NCBI RefSeq assembly: GCF_000014785.1
Contig: NC_008340.1
Coordinates: forward strand, 630,001 to 662,000
Origin: Alkalilimnicola ehrlichii MLHE-1
GTDB lineage: Bacteria; Pseudomonadota; Gammaproteobacteria; Nitrococcales; Halorhodospiraceae
Length of the DNA: 32,000 nt
Direction: 5' to 3'
Part shown: positions 15,356 through 26,078 of the stretch, piece after piece
Layout of the letters: every line of letters starts with the position of its first letter
Position numbering within the stretch: position 1 is the first letter of the stretch
Made by a program: the position numbers and the translations under genes
Notes under the pieces: model-generated
The model's database searches: none
What the model was told of the DNA's origin: nothing
The model's input: the letters and a program-made list of their open reading frames with translations, nothing else

Positions 15356-15444
15356 CCCGCGTCATCGCCAGGGCCGAAGGCCCGTGGCGATTCAGGGCGG
15401 TGGACTGCCGCGTCGGCTTCGCCTCCTCGCAGTGACGGTGGGGG
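15356..15444 (-). repeat. 89-bp palindromic element, copy 2 (inverted relative to copy 1)
   Basis: Five mismatches in 89 positions against the reverse complement of 12230-12318 (hand alignment). It lies in the lgt/porin divergent intergenic region. Confidence 0.8.
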
Positions 15445-15627
15445 CGCGTCCACCCAGCCCGGTTCTTCAGCGGGCGCGTTAGGTTTTGGGCTCTAGTGGC
15501 TGGTTGTCTTCCCTTTTTCCGCCACGAACAGGGTGTTGCGCGGATAAAACAGCAATCGTAGCGGGGTGAATCCGCCGAGTGTCGTTAAAAAACAACGCCA
15601 GGGCCTTAATTTTTTGGGTGTTTGGGC

Positions 15628-15656
15628 TTGCACACCCCTGGGGCATGTTGTATAAA
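15628..15656 (+). promoter_or_regulatory. Candidate sigma70 promoter of porin 1 (TTGCAC-17-TATAAA)
   Basis: -35 at 15628-15633 and -10 at 15651-15656, in an AT-richer stretch about 110 nt upstream of ATG 15765. Confidence 0.45.
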
Positions 15657-15764
15657 AGGCCCACGTGACGTTGCCACGCGACATCACCAAGAAATGTTGC
15701 AATAAAGCAACAGACCCGAGAGGGAAGCGAAATTCGCCGCTAAGTTTCTGAGGAGAAACGCCCC

Positions 15765-16871
15765 ATGAAAAAGATCATCACCTTTGCCGCCGCCGCGGCC
15801 ATGGCCTCCCCGCTGGCCATCGCCACTGCTGCTGCTGGCGACCTGGACATCTACGGCCGCGCCCACATCTCCGTCGACCACCTGGACGACGACACCGATT
15901 CCAGCCAGTACCTGATGAGCAACAGCTCCCGTCTGGGTGTCCGTGGTTCCGAGTACCTGGGCATGGGGCTGACCGGTCTGTTCCAGTACGAGACCGCGGT
16001 GGATCTTGTTGACGGCGGTGGCAGTGGCCTGTTCGGCCAGGGCCGTGACAGCTACCTGGGTCTGACCGGCGACTTCGGTACCCTGCTGGGTGGCCGTCTG
16101 TCCGGTCCGCTCAAGAGCGCCGTCGATCGCACCAACGTCATGATCGACCAGCTGGGCGACGCCCACAACCTGCTGAGCACCGCCGTGACCCTGGGCGTGC
16201 CCGGCAACAACGTGCGGCACAACAACGTGCTGGCCTACGTGACCCCGAGCTTCGAAGGCTTCAACGCCACCTTCGTCTACGGCCCCCGCCAGGGCACCGA
16301 CAAGGGTGACCGCTTCGTGATCCAGCCTGAGTTCAACGGCCAGGTCGGCGCCGGCAACCTGTTCGTCGCCCTGGGTTACCTGCGTGCCAACGAGGGCGTT
16401 GTAAACGCTGCGGCTGGTGCTCAGGTCGATGAGACCCACGAGGTCTGGCAGCTGGTCGCTGAGTATAAGGAGGCCGGCAACTGGCGCATCATGGGTGTCT
16501 ACCAGGACTACAGCTCCAGCGACACCTTCGATCTGCTGTTCAACGGCAACGGCGATGACCGTGTCTACGGCATCGGCGCCGGCTTCTACATTGCCCCGAG
16601 CACCGAGCTGAAGGGCCAGGTCATGTTCTATGACGCCGACCGGTCCAACGCCGACTCCGACATGTTCGCCCTGGCGGTGGATCACCACCTGACCGACCGC
16701 ACCAAGGTGTACGGTAACTGGGCCATGATCAAGAACGACGACAACGTCGCGCGGATCATGCACAACTACGGCCACGGCTCCGGCACCAACAACATTGGTG
16801 ACGAGGGCACCACTCCTGCGCTGGGCGACGACCAGTGGGGCGTGTCCTTCGGTGTGCAGCACAACTTCTGA
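15765..16871 (+). CDS. Outer-membrane general porin (Gram-negative porin family), paralog 1
   Basis: Signal peptide MKKIITFAAAAAMASPLAIATAAA. Alternating beta-strand pattern (LDIYGRAHISVDH, NVLAYVTPSFEGFNATFVYG). C-terminal WGVSFGVQHNF ends in Phe. AGGAG RBS. Confidence 0.85.
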   Translation: MKKIITFAAAAAMASPLAIATAAAGDLDIYGRAHISVDHLDDDTDSSQYLMSNSSRLGVRGSEYLGMGLTGLFQYETAVDLVDGGGSGLFGQGRDSYLGLTGDFGTLLGGRLSGPLKSAVDRTNVMIDQLGDAHNLLSTAVTLGVPGNNVRHNNVLAYVTPSFEGFNATFVYGPRQGTDKGDRFVIQPEFNGQVGAGNLFVALGYLRANEGVVNAAAGAQVDETHEVWQLVAEYKEAGNWRIMGVYQDYSSSDTFDLLFNGNGDDRVYGIGAGFYIAPSTELKGQVMFYDADRSNADSDMFALAVDHHLTDRTKVYGNWAMIKNDDNVARIMHNYGHGSGTNNIGDEGTTPALGDDQWGVSFGVQHNF

Positions 16872-16928
16872 TCGCGCTCCAGCGGTTGTGTGAAGGCCAG
16901 CCCGCGCTGCGCGGGCTGGCATGAAAAG

Positions 16929-16960
16929 GCGGCCACCCGAGAGGGTGGCCGCTTTTTTTT
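16929..16960 (+). terminator. Rho-independent terminator after porin 1
   Basis: gcggccaccc-gaga-gggtggccgc followed by T8. It is preceded by a second perfect 11-bp hairpin, gccagcccgcg-ctg-cgcgggctggc (16896-16920), which has no T-tract. Confidence 0.8.
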
Positions 16961-17099
16961 GACCGGTTTCCTCCGGTCACCTCGTGGCCACTGTGCCTTG
17001 GTGTTGCACTGTAGTGGTGCGCCTGCCGTGGTCGGGGTGGGTATCAGCACCATCGTTGGGCAAAAGCAACAGATCACGTGTTGCGGTGCAAAAAAATGC

Positions 17100-17128
17100 T
17101 TGCAGTCTGTTGCCAAAACCCCTAAAAC
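17100..17128 (+). promoter_or_regulatory. Candidate sigma70 promoter of porin 2 (TTGCAG-17-TAAAAC)
   Basis: -35 at 17100-17105 and -10 at 17123-17128. It shares the cttgca -35 context with the porin 1 promoter. The -10 is weaker. Confidence 0.35.
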
Positions 17129-17220
17129 AGTCCTCAGCAGTGAGGTGAGACACACGGTGGCCGTTGTGTTTTAGCAACACTCGCTGCGTCTCCACTGGCA
17201 AGCAGGCAAGGACTGACACT

Positions 17221-18285
17221 ATGAAAAAGCGTTTCATTGCAGTATCCGCGGCGGCCCTGATGGCCTCCCCGCTGGCCGTCATGGCCGGCGACCTGAACCT
17301 CTATGGTGAGGCCCACCTCTCCGTGGATCACGCCGACGACAAGACCGACAGCAGCCAGTTTCTGGCCAGCCGGTTCTCCACCCTCGGGATCACCGGCTCG
17401 GAGTACCTGGGCATGGGCCTGACCGGCTTCTTCCAGTACGAGACCGAGGTGAACCTGACCGCGGGCGGTGATGGTCTGTTCGACGGCACCACCGAGTCCT
17501 TCCTCGGTGTGCAGGGCGGCTTTGGTACCGTGCTCGGCGGTATGCTGGACGATCCGCTGTTCGCCACCCTGGACGGGCTGGATCTCTTCGCCGACCGTGT
17601 CGGCAGCGTCCACACCATGGCCCGTCTGGATGGGGCCACCAGCCACACCAACGTACTGGCCTACGTCACCCCCGACTTCAACGGCTTCTCCTTCGCCGCT
17701 GTGTACGGCCCGGAGCAGGGCACCGACAAGGGCTCCCGCTTTGTCGGTCAGCTGGGCTTCGAGGGCGAGGTCGAGGGCGGCACCATCAGCGCCAGCCTGG
17801 GCTATCTCCAGGCCAACGAGGGCGTGGTCAACGCCGTGGCGGAGCTGGAGCCGGGCGACCCGGGCTACAACGACCTGAAGCTGAAGATCTGGCAGGCCAC
17901 CTTCGGTTACGAGATCACCGACGTCTGGCGCGGTTTCGCCTTCTACCAGGACTACGGCTCCAGTGACGTGATGGAGGACGACAAGGCCTACGGCGCCGGC
18001 GTGGGCTTCATGGTCAGCCCGCAGGTGGAGCTGCTGGCTCAGGTCAGCCGTTATGACGCCGATGCCAGCCGCGAGGGTGCCACCACCTACGCCCTGGGTG
18101 CGGATTACTTCATCACCGACCGCACCACGCTCTACGGCATCGCCGGCATGACCCGCAACAAGAGTGAGCAGGCCCTGATGCCCACCGACGTGGACTACTA
18201 CCAGGGTGCCGGCCCCGAGGGCATCAGCCCCGCCGCCGGTGACAACCCCTGGGTGGTCTCCCTGGGTGTGATCCACAGCTTCTGA
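17221..18285 (+). CDS. Outer-membrane general porin, paralog 2
   Basis: The internal ATG 17221 gives the signal peptide MKKRFIAVSAAALMASPLAVMA. Long blocks are shared with paralog 1 (GSEYLGMGLTG.FQYET, NVLAYVTP.F.GF, VYGP.QGTDKG.RFV, LGYL.ANEGVVNA). It ends VVSLGVIHSF. AAGGA RBS. Confidence 0.85.
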   Translation: MKKRFIAVSAAALMASPLAVMAGDLNLYGEAHLSVDHADDKTDSSQFLASRFSTLGITGSEYLGMGLTGFFQYETEVNLTAGGDGLFDGTTESFLGVQGGFGTVLGGMLDDPLFATLDGLDLFADRVGSVHTMARLDGATSHTNVLAYVTPDFNGFSFAAVYGPEQGTDKGSRFVGQLGFEGEVEGGTISASLGYLQANEGVVNAVAELEPGDPGYNDLKLKIWQATFGYEITDVWRGFAFYQDYGSSDVMEDDKAYGAGVGFMVSPQVELLAQVSRYDADASREGATTYALGADYFITDRTTLYGIAGMTRNKSEQALMPTDVDYYQGAGPEGISPAAGDNPWVVSLGVIHSF

Positions 18286-18324
18286 GGCCACTGCCGGCCT
18301 ACGGGCCGGGGACATGGACCGTCC

Positions 18325-18362
18325 ACGAAGAACGCCCGCCTAAGTGCGGGCGTTCTTCGTTT
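18325..18362 (+). terminator. Strong hairpin after porin 2 (candidate terminator, short T-tail)
   Basis: acgaagaacgcccgc-ctaagt-gcgggcgttcttcgt-tt: a perfect 15-bp stem followed by only two T. Confidence 0.5.
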
Positions 18363-18472
18363 CAGGCTCCGAGGCCCTGCAGTGATGACTGGCGACGGTG
18401 CTGTGACCGTCCTGAGGGGAACGGAAGGGAAGGGCGGGGCCGCGCCCTGCGTGCGGCGCGGCCAGGTGTGGC

Positions 18473-18811
18473 TCAGTTGCTGGCGCTTTCCGCGGCCTGG
18501 TCGACCATCTTCTGCAGATCGCCGCTTTCGTACATCTCCATGATGATGTCGCAGCCGCCCACCAGCTCGCCGTTGAGGTAGAGCTGCGGGATGGTCGGCC
18601 AGTTGCCGAACTCCTTGATCCCCTGGCGAATGGCCTCGTCCTGCAGCACGTCCACGTAAGCGAACTCCTTGCCGCAGCCGGCCAGCGCCTGCGCCGCGCG
18701 CATGGAGAAGCCGCACTGCGGCTGCTGGGGAGAGCCCTTCATGTAGAGCAGAATGGGGTTTTCCTTGACTTGCTTGGCGATGGTTTCCTGCACCTGATCC
18801 ATGCTGTTCAA
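18473..18811 (-). CDS. grxD: Monothiol glutaredoxin (Grx4 family)
   Basis: CGFS active site (PQCGFSMRAAQAL), WPTIPQLYLNGELVGGCDI, 112 aa. Confidence 0.9.
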   Translation of the reverse strand: MNSMDQVQETIAKQVKENPILLYMKGSPQQPQCGFSMRAAQALAGCGKEFAYVDVLQDEAIRQGIKEFGNWPTIPQLYLNGELVGGCDIIMEMYESGDLQKMVDQAAESASN

Positions 18812-18935
18812 CCTATCTCGTTGGGGAATGGTATGACCTAGCCTGATTCTAAGCCCAAGCCGCCTGAGTAAAAACCCAGCGGCTCACTCGAAAACCAAGT
18901 GTAACACTCAACTTTGTCATCCCCGCTAACTCCCC

Positions 18936-20339
18936 TCAGCGCTTGACCATCCGCATTAGCCGCTTGCGCCGGCGCTGCTGGCGGGGGGTGAGCTTATTGC
19001 GACGGCCCTCGTAGGGGTTCTCGCCGCTGCGAAACTCCAGCCGCACCGGGGTGCCGTAGAGGTCCAGCTCGTCGCGGAAGACGTGCTCCAGATAGCGTTT
19101 GTAGGCGCCGGGCAGTTTCTTCACCTGGTTGCCGTGGATGACGATGACCGGCGGGTTTTTGCCCCCCTGGTGGGCGTAGCGCAGCTTGATGCGTCGGCCC
19201 TGGACCAGCGGCGGGGCGTGGGCGGCCACGGCGTCGGCCAGGATCTCGTTGAGGATGGGGGTGGGCAGGTCGCGGCGGGCCGCCTCCAGGGCCTTGTCCA
19301 CGGCGCCGAACAGCAGGCCGACGCCGGAGCCGTGCAGGGCCGAGATGAAGTGCCGGCGGGCAAAGTTGAGGAAGGTGAGCTTGCGCTCCAGCCCCGCCTT
19401 CACCGCCTCGCGCTGCTCGGCGGTGAGCCCGTCCCACTTGTTGATGGCCAGCACCAGGGCGCGGCCGGACTCCAGCACGTGGCCAATGAGGTGGGTGTCC
19501 TGATCGGTGACCCCTTCGCGGGCGTCGATTACCAGGATGACCACGTGGGCCGCCTCCATGGCCTTTAGGGTCTGGATGACAGAGAACTTCTCCACCGTCT
19601 CATGCACCCGGGCGCGGCGGCGCATGCCCGCGGTGTCAATGAGGGTGTAGGGGCGGCCGTCGCGCTCCAGCGGGATGAAGACGCTGTCGCGGGTGGTGCC
19701 CGGCATGTCGTAGACCAGCACCCGCTCCTCGCCCAGCAGCCGGTTGACCAGGGTGGACTTGCCCACGTTGGGCCGGCCGACGATGGCGATGCGGGTGGCG
19801 CCCTCGGCCTCCTCCACCTGGAGGGCCGCGTGAGCGGAGGTGAAGCCCTCGGGCAGGCCGGCCAGCACGTGGTCCATCAGCCCGGCGATGCCGCGGCCGT
19901 GGGCCGCGGCGATGGGCAGCGGCTCGCCTAGGCCCAGGGCGTGGAACTCCGCGGTGGCCAGCCGATGGTCCACACCGTCGGTCTTGTTGACCACCAGCCA
20001 GACCGGTTTGCCCTGGCGGCGGAGATGGGCGGCCAGTTCCTCGTCGGCGGCGGTTGGGCCACTGCGCCCGTCCACCAGGAACAGGATGGCGTCGGCCTCC
20101 TCGATGGCGGCCAAGGCCTGTTGGTGCATGCCTTGCTCGACCCCCTCCGGGTCGTCGCCCAGCCCGCCGGTGTCCACCACGATGTAGGGGCGCTCGCCCA
20201 CCTTGCCCACGCCGTATTGCCGGTCGCGGGTGAGGCCGGGGTGGTCGGCCACCAGGGCGTCACGGCTGCGGGTGAGCTGGTTGAACAGGGTGGATTTGCC
20301 CACGTTGGGGCGGCCCACCAGGGCGATCACAGGGTCCAT
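18936..20339 (-). CDS. der: Ribosome-associated GTPase Der/EngA (tandem GTPase domains)
   Basis: Two G-domains, each with a P-loop ([12 protein letters not shown] and [12 protein letters not shown]) and NKxD motifs (NKTD and NKWD), plus a KH-like basic C-terminal tail. Confidence 0.95.
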
Positions 20340-20400
20340 GGTGTCTCTACGCGGTCACGTGCCGTTGCGGGAGGGCAAGAATACCAGATGCAGCGGCGAG

Positions 20401-21432
20401 TCAGACGACCCGCCAGGCCACCTCGCCGCCGGCCCGGAAGGGCACCAGGGTGTCGTCGCCCATGGGGAAGGCCTCCGGAATGGGGGTGGCGGCCCGCTCC
20501 AGGGTGACGCTGTCGCGGTTGCGCGGCAGGCCGTAGAAGTCGGCCCCGTGGTGGCTGGCAAAGCCCTCCAGCCGGTCCAGGGCGCCGGCGGCCTCGAAGA
20601 TCTCGGCGTAGAAGGGCAGGGCGGCGTGGGCGCTGTAGACGCCGGCGCAGCCGCAGGCCGACTCCTTGGCGCCCTTGGGGTGGGGGGCGCTGTCGGTGCC
20701 GAGGAAGAAGCGCGGGTGGCCGGAGGTGGCCGCTTCCACCAGCGCCTGGCGGTCGCGCTCGCGCTTGAGGATGGGCAGGCAGTAGTAGTGCGGGCGCACG
20801 CCGCCCACCAGCATGTGGTTGCGGTTGGCCATCAGGTGCTGGACGGTGAGGGTGGCGCCGACCCGGTCGGGGGCCTGGCGCAGGTAGTCCACCGCCGCCT
20901 GGGTGGTGATGTGTTCGAAGACCACCCGCAGCCGGCTGTGGCGCTGCACCAGCGGGTCGAGCACCTCGTCGATGAAGTGCGCCTCGCGATCGAAGATGTC
21001 CACCTCGTCGCGGGTGACCTCGCCGTGCACGCACAGCGGCAGGCCCCGCTCGGCCATGGCGGCCAGGGTCTCCTCGCAGCGGGCCAGGTCGGTGACCCCG
21101 GCGTCGGAGTTGGTGGTGGCGCCGGCCGGGTAGAGCTTGACCGCGTGCACGAAGCCGCTGGCCGCCGCCTTCTCGATCTCCGCGGGCGGCGTGTTGTCGG
21201 TCAGGTACAGGGTCATCAGCGGCTCGAAGTGCGCGCCGGCGGGCAGTGCCGCCAGGATGCGCTCGCGGTAGGCGGCGGCCTGGTCCACCGTGGTCACCGG
21301 CGGTTTCAGGTTGGGCATGATAATCGCCCGGCCGAACACCGTCGCGGTGTGGGGCAGCACGGTGGCCAGCTGCTCGCCGTCGCGCAGGTGCAGGTGCCAG
21401 TCATCCGGGCGGGTCAGGGTGATGCGTTGCAC
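20401..21432 (-). CDS. pyrC: Dihydroorotase (homodimeric type II)
   Basis: [37 protein letters not shown] and FLGTDSAPH are colinear with E. coli PyrC. 343 aa. Confidence 0.95.
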   Translation of the reverse strand: MQRITLTRPDDWHLHLRDGEQLATVLPHTATVFGRAIIMPNLKPPVTTVDQAAAYRERILAALPAGAHFEPLMTLYLTDNTPPAEIEKAAASGFVHAVKLYPAGATTNSDAGVTDLARCEETLAAMAERGLPLCVHGEVTRDEVDIFDREAHFIDEVLDPLVQRHSRLRVVFEHITTQAAVDYLRQAPDRVGATLTVQHLMANRNHMLVGGVRPHYYCLPILKRERDRQALVEAATSGHPRFFLGTDSAPHPKGAKESACGCAGVYSAHAALPFYAEIFEAAGALDRLEGFASHHGADFYGLPRNRDSVTLERAATPIPEAFPMGDDTLVPFRAGGEVAWRVV

Positions 21433-21477
21433 GGCGGAATCCTCGTCAAATGGCCCTGGAAACGGGCGCCAATGATA

Positions 21478-22329
21478 CTAGGGTGGCGGGGTGGCGTCAG
21501 GTGCTGCGGGCGGCGGATGGATGACCGCCAGCCGGTCGGCCAGGATCTCCGGCAGCAACGGGTGCGCCCCGACCAGGGGCGTCATCACCGTCTTCAGCGC
21601 CGGGTGCCGGGCCTCGGCCTCGGCGCAGATGCGGGCGACGTCGCCGTCCGGGCCGGCATGTCGGCCGGGCTGCAGGAACATCATGGCGATCACTACCCGG
21701 CCGTGGTTGAACGGCGGCCGAGCGAGCAGCGTCTCCAGCAGCGGCTCGTTGAACCGGTGGGCCTCCCCCGGCCGGCGCTCCATGGAGGCGGGCACCACCC
21801 CGGCGACTCGCCCCTGCAACAGGATGCTGAGCTGTCCGGCCACGTAGTTGCGGACCTGGGCGACCTCCGGCGCCGGGCTGCCGTGGTCCACCAGGATGAC
21901 GCGGGTGGCGGGGTCGTGGTCCACCGCCTGGACCGATTCCGCCAGGATGTGGGCAAGGCGTGGGTCGTGGCCGCGCTCCGGCGTCACCAGCGGCGGGGCC
22001 ACCTGCACGTCCAGTTTGGGGAAGTGCTGCGACAGCGCCGCCACCCGCTCGGGCAGGTAGTCCGTGAGCGCCCGGCTCGGGCCGAAGAAGAGCGGCACGA
22101 TGCGAAAATGCCGGGTGCCGGCGGCGGCCCGTTCCCGCAGGGTCGGCTCCAGTGTCCGTGCGGGCACCCCCTCGAGTGCGTCTTCCGGTGCCCGGTCGCT
22201 ATGCAGCAGTGAGACCGGCTGCACCGGCTCGCCGATCCGTTCGCTCAGCGCCGCTGCCAGGTGGCGCAGGCTGAGAATGGACTGCGGACGGAGTGACCCG
22301 TTGTCGACCAGAAAAATCTCCGAGGCCAT
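21478..22329 (-). CDS. cbiX: CbiX/SirB-type sirohydrochlorin chelatase, two-domain (long) form
   Basis: Two repeats of the CbiX signature are present (FLVDNGSLRP and VILVDHGSPAPE). The start is set at ATG 22329 (M23 of the ORF) because GGGAGGG precedes it. 283 aa. Confidence 0.7.
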   Translation of the reverse strand: MASEIFLVDNGSLRPQSILSLRHLAAALSERIGEPVQPVSLLHSDRAPEDALEGVPARTLEPTLRERAAAGTRHFRIVPLFFGPSRALTDYLPERVAALSQHFPKLDVQVAPPLVTPERGHDPRLAHILAESVQAVDHDPATRVILVDHGSPAPEVAQVRNYVAGQLSILLQGRVAGVVPASMERRPGEAHRFNEPLLETLLARPPFNHGRVVIAMMFLQPGRHAGPDGDVARICAEAEARHPALKTVMTPLVGAHPLLPEILADRLAVIHPPPAAPDATPPP

Positions 22330-22469
22330 GGTCCCTCCCGGGGTAGCGGCTGCCATCGAACCATTGATCTTGCCCGCAGCGGGCGTTGCGGGCAATGCGG
22401 GGGTGGGGTTGTCCCCGGCAGTAAAAAATGTATATTGGGTCTATCTTCCTGCGGGGACGGACAGGCGCC

Positions 22470-22904
22470 ATGGCGGGGGCGGTGAGACTCAAGCGGGTCT
22501 ATGACCCAGCGGCACCGGAGGACGGCACCCGGGTGTTGGTCGATCGGGTCTGGCCCCGGGGAATGAAGCGTGAGGCCCTGCGCCTCGATCACTGGTTGCG
22601 CGAGTTGGCCCCCTCCACGGCGCTGCGCCGTTGGTTCGCTCATGAGCCAGAGCGCTGGCCGGCCTTCCGTGAGCGCTACCGCCAGGAACTCGCCGGTGCG
22701 CCTGAGGTGCTCGGGCAACTGCTGGCCTGCTGCCGCCGCGGCGATGTCACGCTGCTCTACGCCGCCCGCGACCGGGACCATAACCAGGCGGTGGTCCTGC
22801 GCGAGGTGTTGCTGGAGGCGCTGACCGCCGAACAGGCGGATGCCGAGCCCGCCTCCTCCCCCTGTTATGGCCGGGACTTCCCCGGCTATTTCGGTGAGGA
22901 ATGA
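22470..22904 (+). CDS. DUF488 (YeaO-like) protein
   Basis: LKRVYDPAAPEDGTRVLVDRVWPRGMKREALRLDHWLRELAPSTALRRWF parallels E. coli YeaO [27 protein letters not shown]...ITPSTELRKAF. The start is taken at ATG 22470. Confidence 0.75.
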   Translation: MAGAVRLKRVYDPAAPEDGTRVLVDRVWPRGMKREALRLDHWLRELAPSTALRRWFAHEPERWPAFRERYRQELAGAPEVLGQLLACCRRGDVTLLYAARDRDHNQAVVLREVLLEALTAEQADAEPASSPCYGRDFPGYFGEE

Positions 22905-22931
22905 CTAACTGCCATCCACCCGGAGCATCCC

Positions 22932-23420
22932 ATGACCCCATCGACCCAATGCCCGACCGATTCGTCAGAGCTGCCGGAGGCCACCGGTGCCTTGATCGAC
23001 TACATCCTGACCACCTTTCACGACGCCCACCGCCGGGAGTTGCCGCCGCTGATCGAGCTGGCGCGCAAGGTGGAGGCGGTGCATGCCGGCCATCCGCAGG
23101 TGCCCGCCGGCCTGGCCGATGCGCTGGAGGCGACGCGGATCGACCTGGAGGACCATATGCTCAAGGAGGAGAACGTGCTCTTCCCCTTCATGCGCCAGGG
23201 GATGTCGCCGCTGTCGGCGCCCATCGGGCGTATGCGCCACGAGCATGCGGACCATGAGGAGAGCCTGTTGCGGCTGCAGGCGCTGGCCGGCGGGTTCGAA
23301 CCCCCGGAGGACGCTTGCGACTCCTGGCGCACCCTGTACGTCGGCGTGCGGCACCTGACCGGTGAGTTGCGCACCCACATGAGAGTGGAGAACGAGCTGC
23401 TCTTCCCGCGCTTCGAGTAG
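22932..23420 (+). CDS. Hemerythrin-like di-iron domain protein, equivalent to the C-terminal domain of RIC/YtfE (the N-terminal ScdA_N domain is absent)
   Basis: [41 protein letters not shown]...[17 protein letters not shown]...MRHEHADHE...[13 protein letters not shown] is colinear with E. coli YtfE residues about 75-220. GGAG RBS. Confidence 0.75.
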   Translation: MTPSTQCPTDSSELPEATGALIDYILTTFHDAHRRELPPLIELARKVEAVHAGHPQVPAGLADALEATRIDLEDHMLKEENVLFPFMRQGMSPLSAPIGRMRHEHADHEESLLRLQALAGGFEPPEDACDSWRTLYVGVRHLTGELRTHMRVENELLFPRFE

Positions 23421-23584
23421 TGGGCCGGGCCGGAGGCCGGAGCGGGCGGGCGCTTGATTTGCGGGCCGCCTGCGGGGATGATGAGCCGCCTGATCATTCC
23501 ATTCTTCCGGAGGCCTCCGGCGCGCTCGCGCGCGGGCATCCGGCCCCGTGGGGCACGGGGTACAGCACGAAGCGAAGGGGAGAC

Positions 23585-24793
<1,209 letters not shown>

Positions 24794-24843
24794 TCACCGT
24801 CGCCCGGCGGCCGGCTTCGGCCGGTCGCAGCGCCCGGCGCGGT

Positions 24844-25434
24844 TCAGTCCTCTGCGGTCTCGGTCTGGCGCAGGGCGTTGTGGAGCACGGCCAAGCGCTC
24901 CACCGGGTCGTCCAGCTCGAGCAGTTGTTGCCGGTCCTCCGGCGGGATGGGCAGCAGCTCGGCCAGCCGGCAGCTCACCCACTCGGCGTCGTCGAAGTCT
25001 CTCGGCAGCTCGGCCCAGGGGCCGCGTACCTGTTGCAGGATGCGCTCCAGCAGCGCTGCCAGCGGGCCGTGGACGGGGGGGATTGGCCGCGGCGGGGGTT
25101 GTGGCAACCATTCCACCTCGGCCTGTTGCAGCCCGTCGCGCTCCACGTGGCGGGAGACGATGCGGAAGCGCCGTTCGCCCCGCACCGTGATGCCCAGCAA
25201 GCCGTCGCTGCGCTTCTCCCAGTCGATGATCCGGGCCAGCGTGCCCACCGGGTCCGGGATGGCCGGCGCCCCGGTCTCGCGCCCGTCCACGATGCGGCAG
25301 ACCCCGAAACCCCGGTCTTCGCGCAGGCATCGGGCCACCATGTCCAGGTAGCGGGGTTCGAACAGGCGCAGCACCAGGGGACCGCCGGGGAAGAGGACCG
25401 TCTGTAGCGGGAACAGGGGCAGGAGGGTGCTCAC
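24844..25434 (-). CDS. LON N-terminal (substrate-binding) domain protein
   Basis: [29 protein letters not shown] is the typical Lon-N start. 196 aa with no ATPase or protease domain. The GTG start overlaps the ubiX stop (GTGA, 25431-25434). Confidence 0.8.
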   Translation of the reverse strand: MSTLLPLFPLQTVLFPGGPLVLRLFEPRYLDMVARCLREDRGFGVCRIVDGRETGAPAIPDPVGTLARIIDWEKRSDGLLGITVRGERRFRIVSRHVERDGLQQAEVEWLPQPPPRPIPPVHGPLAALLERILQQVRGPWAELPRDFDDAEWVSCRLAELLPIPPEDRQQLLELDDPVERLAVLHNALRQTETAED

Positions 25435-26078
25435 GATGCCCGCCCTCCGCCATGGGCCGTCGGACTGAGTCGCTCGCCCCAGGCCGGCAGCAGGCTCTGG
25501 GGGGCACCCAGTTGGTCGAGAATGCGCGCCACCACGAAATCCACCAGCGCCTCCACTGTCTCCGGTTGGTGGTAAAAGCCGGGATTGGCCGGCAGGATAA
25601 CCGTGCCCATGCGACTGAGCCGAAGCATGTTTTCCAGGTGAATGTCGGAAAAGGGCGTCTCGCGCGGCACCAGGATAAGCCTCCCTCTCTCTTTTAGCAC
25701 AACGTCCGCCGCCCGTTCGATCAGGTTATCGCTGGCGCCGGTGGCGATGGCCGATAGGGTGCCCATGCTGCAGGGGCAGACCACCATCTGGCGGGGTGCG
25801 CCGGAGCCGGAGGCCACGGGCGCCGTCCACTGGCGGTCACCGAATACCGCCAGCGGTGCCGAGTCGGGGAGCCGACAGGCCTCTAGCAGTCGCCGCGCCA
25901 TGGCGCTTGGCTTGGCGGGCAGTTGCAGGTCGGTCTCCAGGCCCAGCACCACCCGGGCCGCCTCCGAGACCAGCAGGTGCACCGGGGTGTCCGCGTGCAG
26001 CAGACACTGCAGCAGGCGCAGCCCGTAGGGCATGCCGGAGGCGCCGGTCAGGGCCAGGGTGACGTGGCCGTGCATCAT
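25431..26078 (-). CDS. ubiX: Flavin prenyltransferase UbiX
   Basis: [23 protein letters not shown]..., [35 protein letters not shown]-like block, and LVPRETP. The start ATG 26078 overlaps the mpl TGA (ATGA). 215 aa. The upstream part of ORF 25431..26267 is not coding. Confidence 0.9.
   Translation of the reverse strand: MMHGHVTLALTGASGMPYGLRLLQCLLHADTPVHLLVSEAARVVLGLETDLQLPAKPSAMARRLLEACRLPDSAPLAVFGDRQWTAPVASGSGAPRQMVVCPCSMGTLSAIATGASDNLIERAADVVLKERGRLILVPRETPFSDIHLENMLRLSRMGTVILPANPGFYHQPETVEALVDFVVARILDQLGAPQSLLPAWGERLSPTAHGGGRAS

Noticed and set aside
15684-18315. 412-aa and 393-aa minus-strand ORFs overlapping the porin genes.
   Set aside because: They are antisense to porins that have a signal peptide, RBS, promoter, terminator and C-terminal Phe. 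The antisense products are repetitive Gly/Val/Ala/His strings with no start context.
20203-22212. 669-aa plus-strand ORF.
   Set aside because: It is antisense to der, pyrC and cbiX, all of which have clear family motifs. It crosses two intergenic gaps, and its composition is typical of GC artefacts.
22425-22447. A possible NsrR operator (AAGATGCATTT-N-AAATGCATCTT type) upstream of the DUF488/RIC-like genes. It was attractive because ytfE is a classic NsrR target.
   Set aside because: Only about 14 of 22 consensus positions match, and the two halves are poorly self-complementary (about 5 of 11). This is insufficient without comparative support. It may simply be the promoter AT-rich patch (TTGTCC-16-TATATT).
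23421-23584. GC-rich palindromes (ccggaggcctccgg, gcgcgctcgcgcgc) upstream of argG, together with a search for an ARG box.
   Set aside because: There is no TNTGAAT-N4-ATTCANA-like sequence. The palindromes are short, GC-only and of the kind expected by chance at this base composition.
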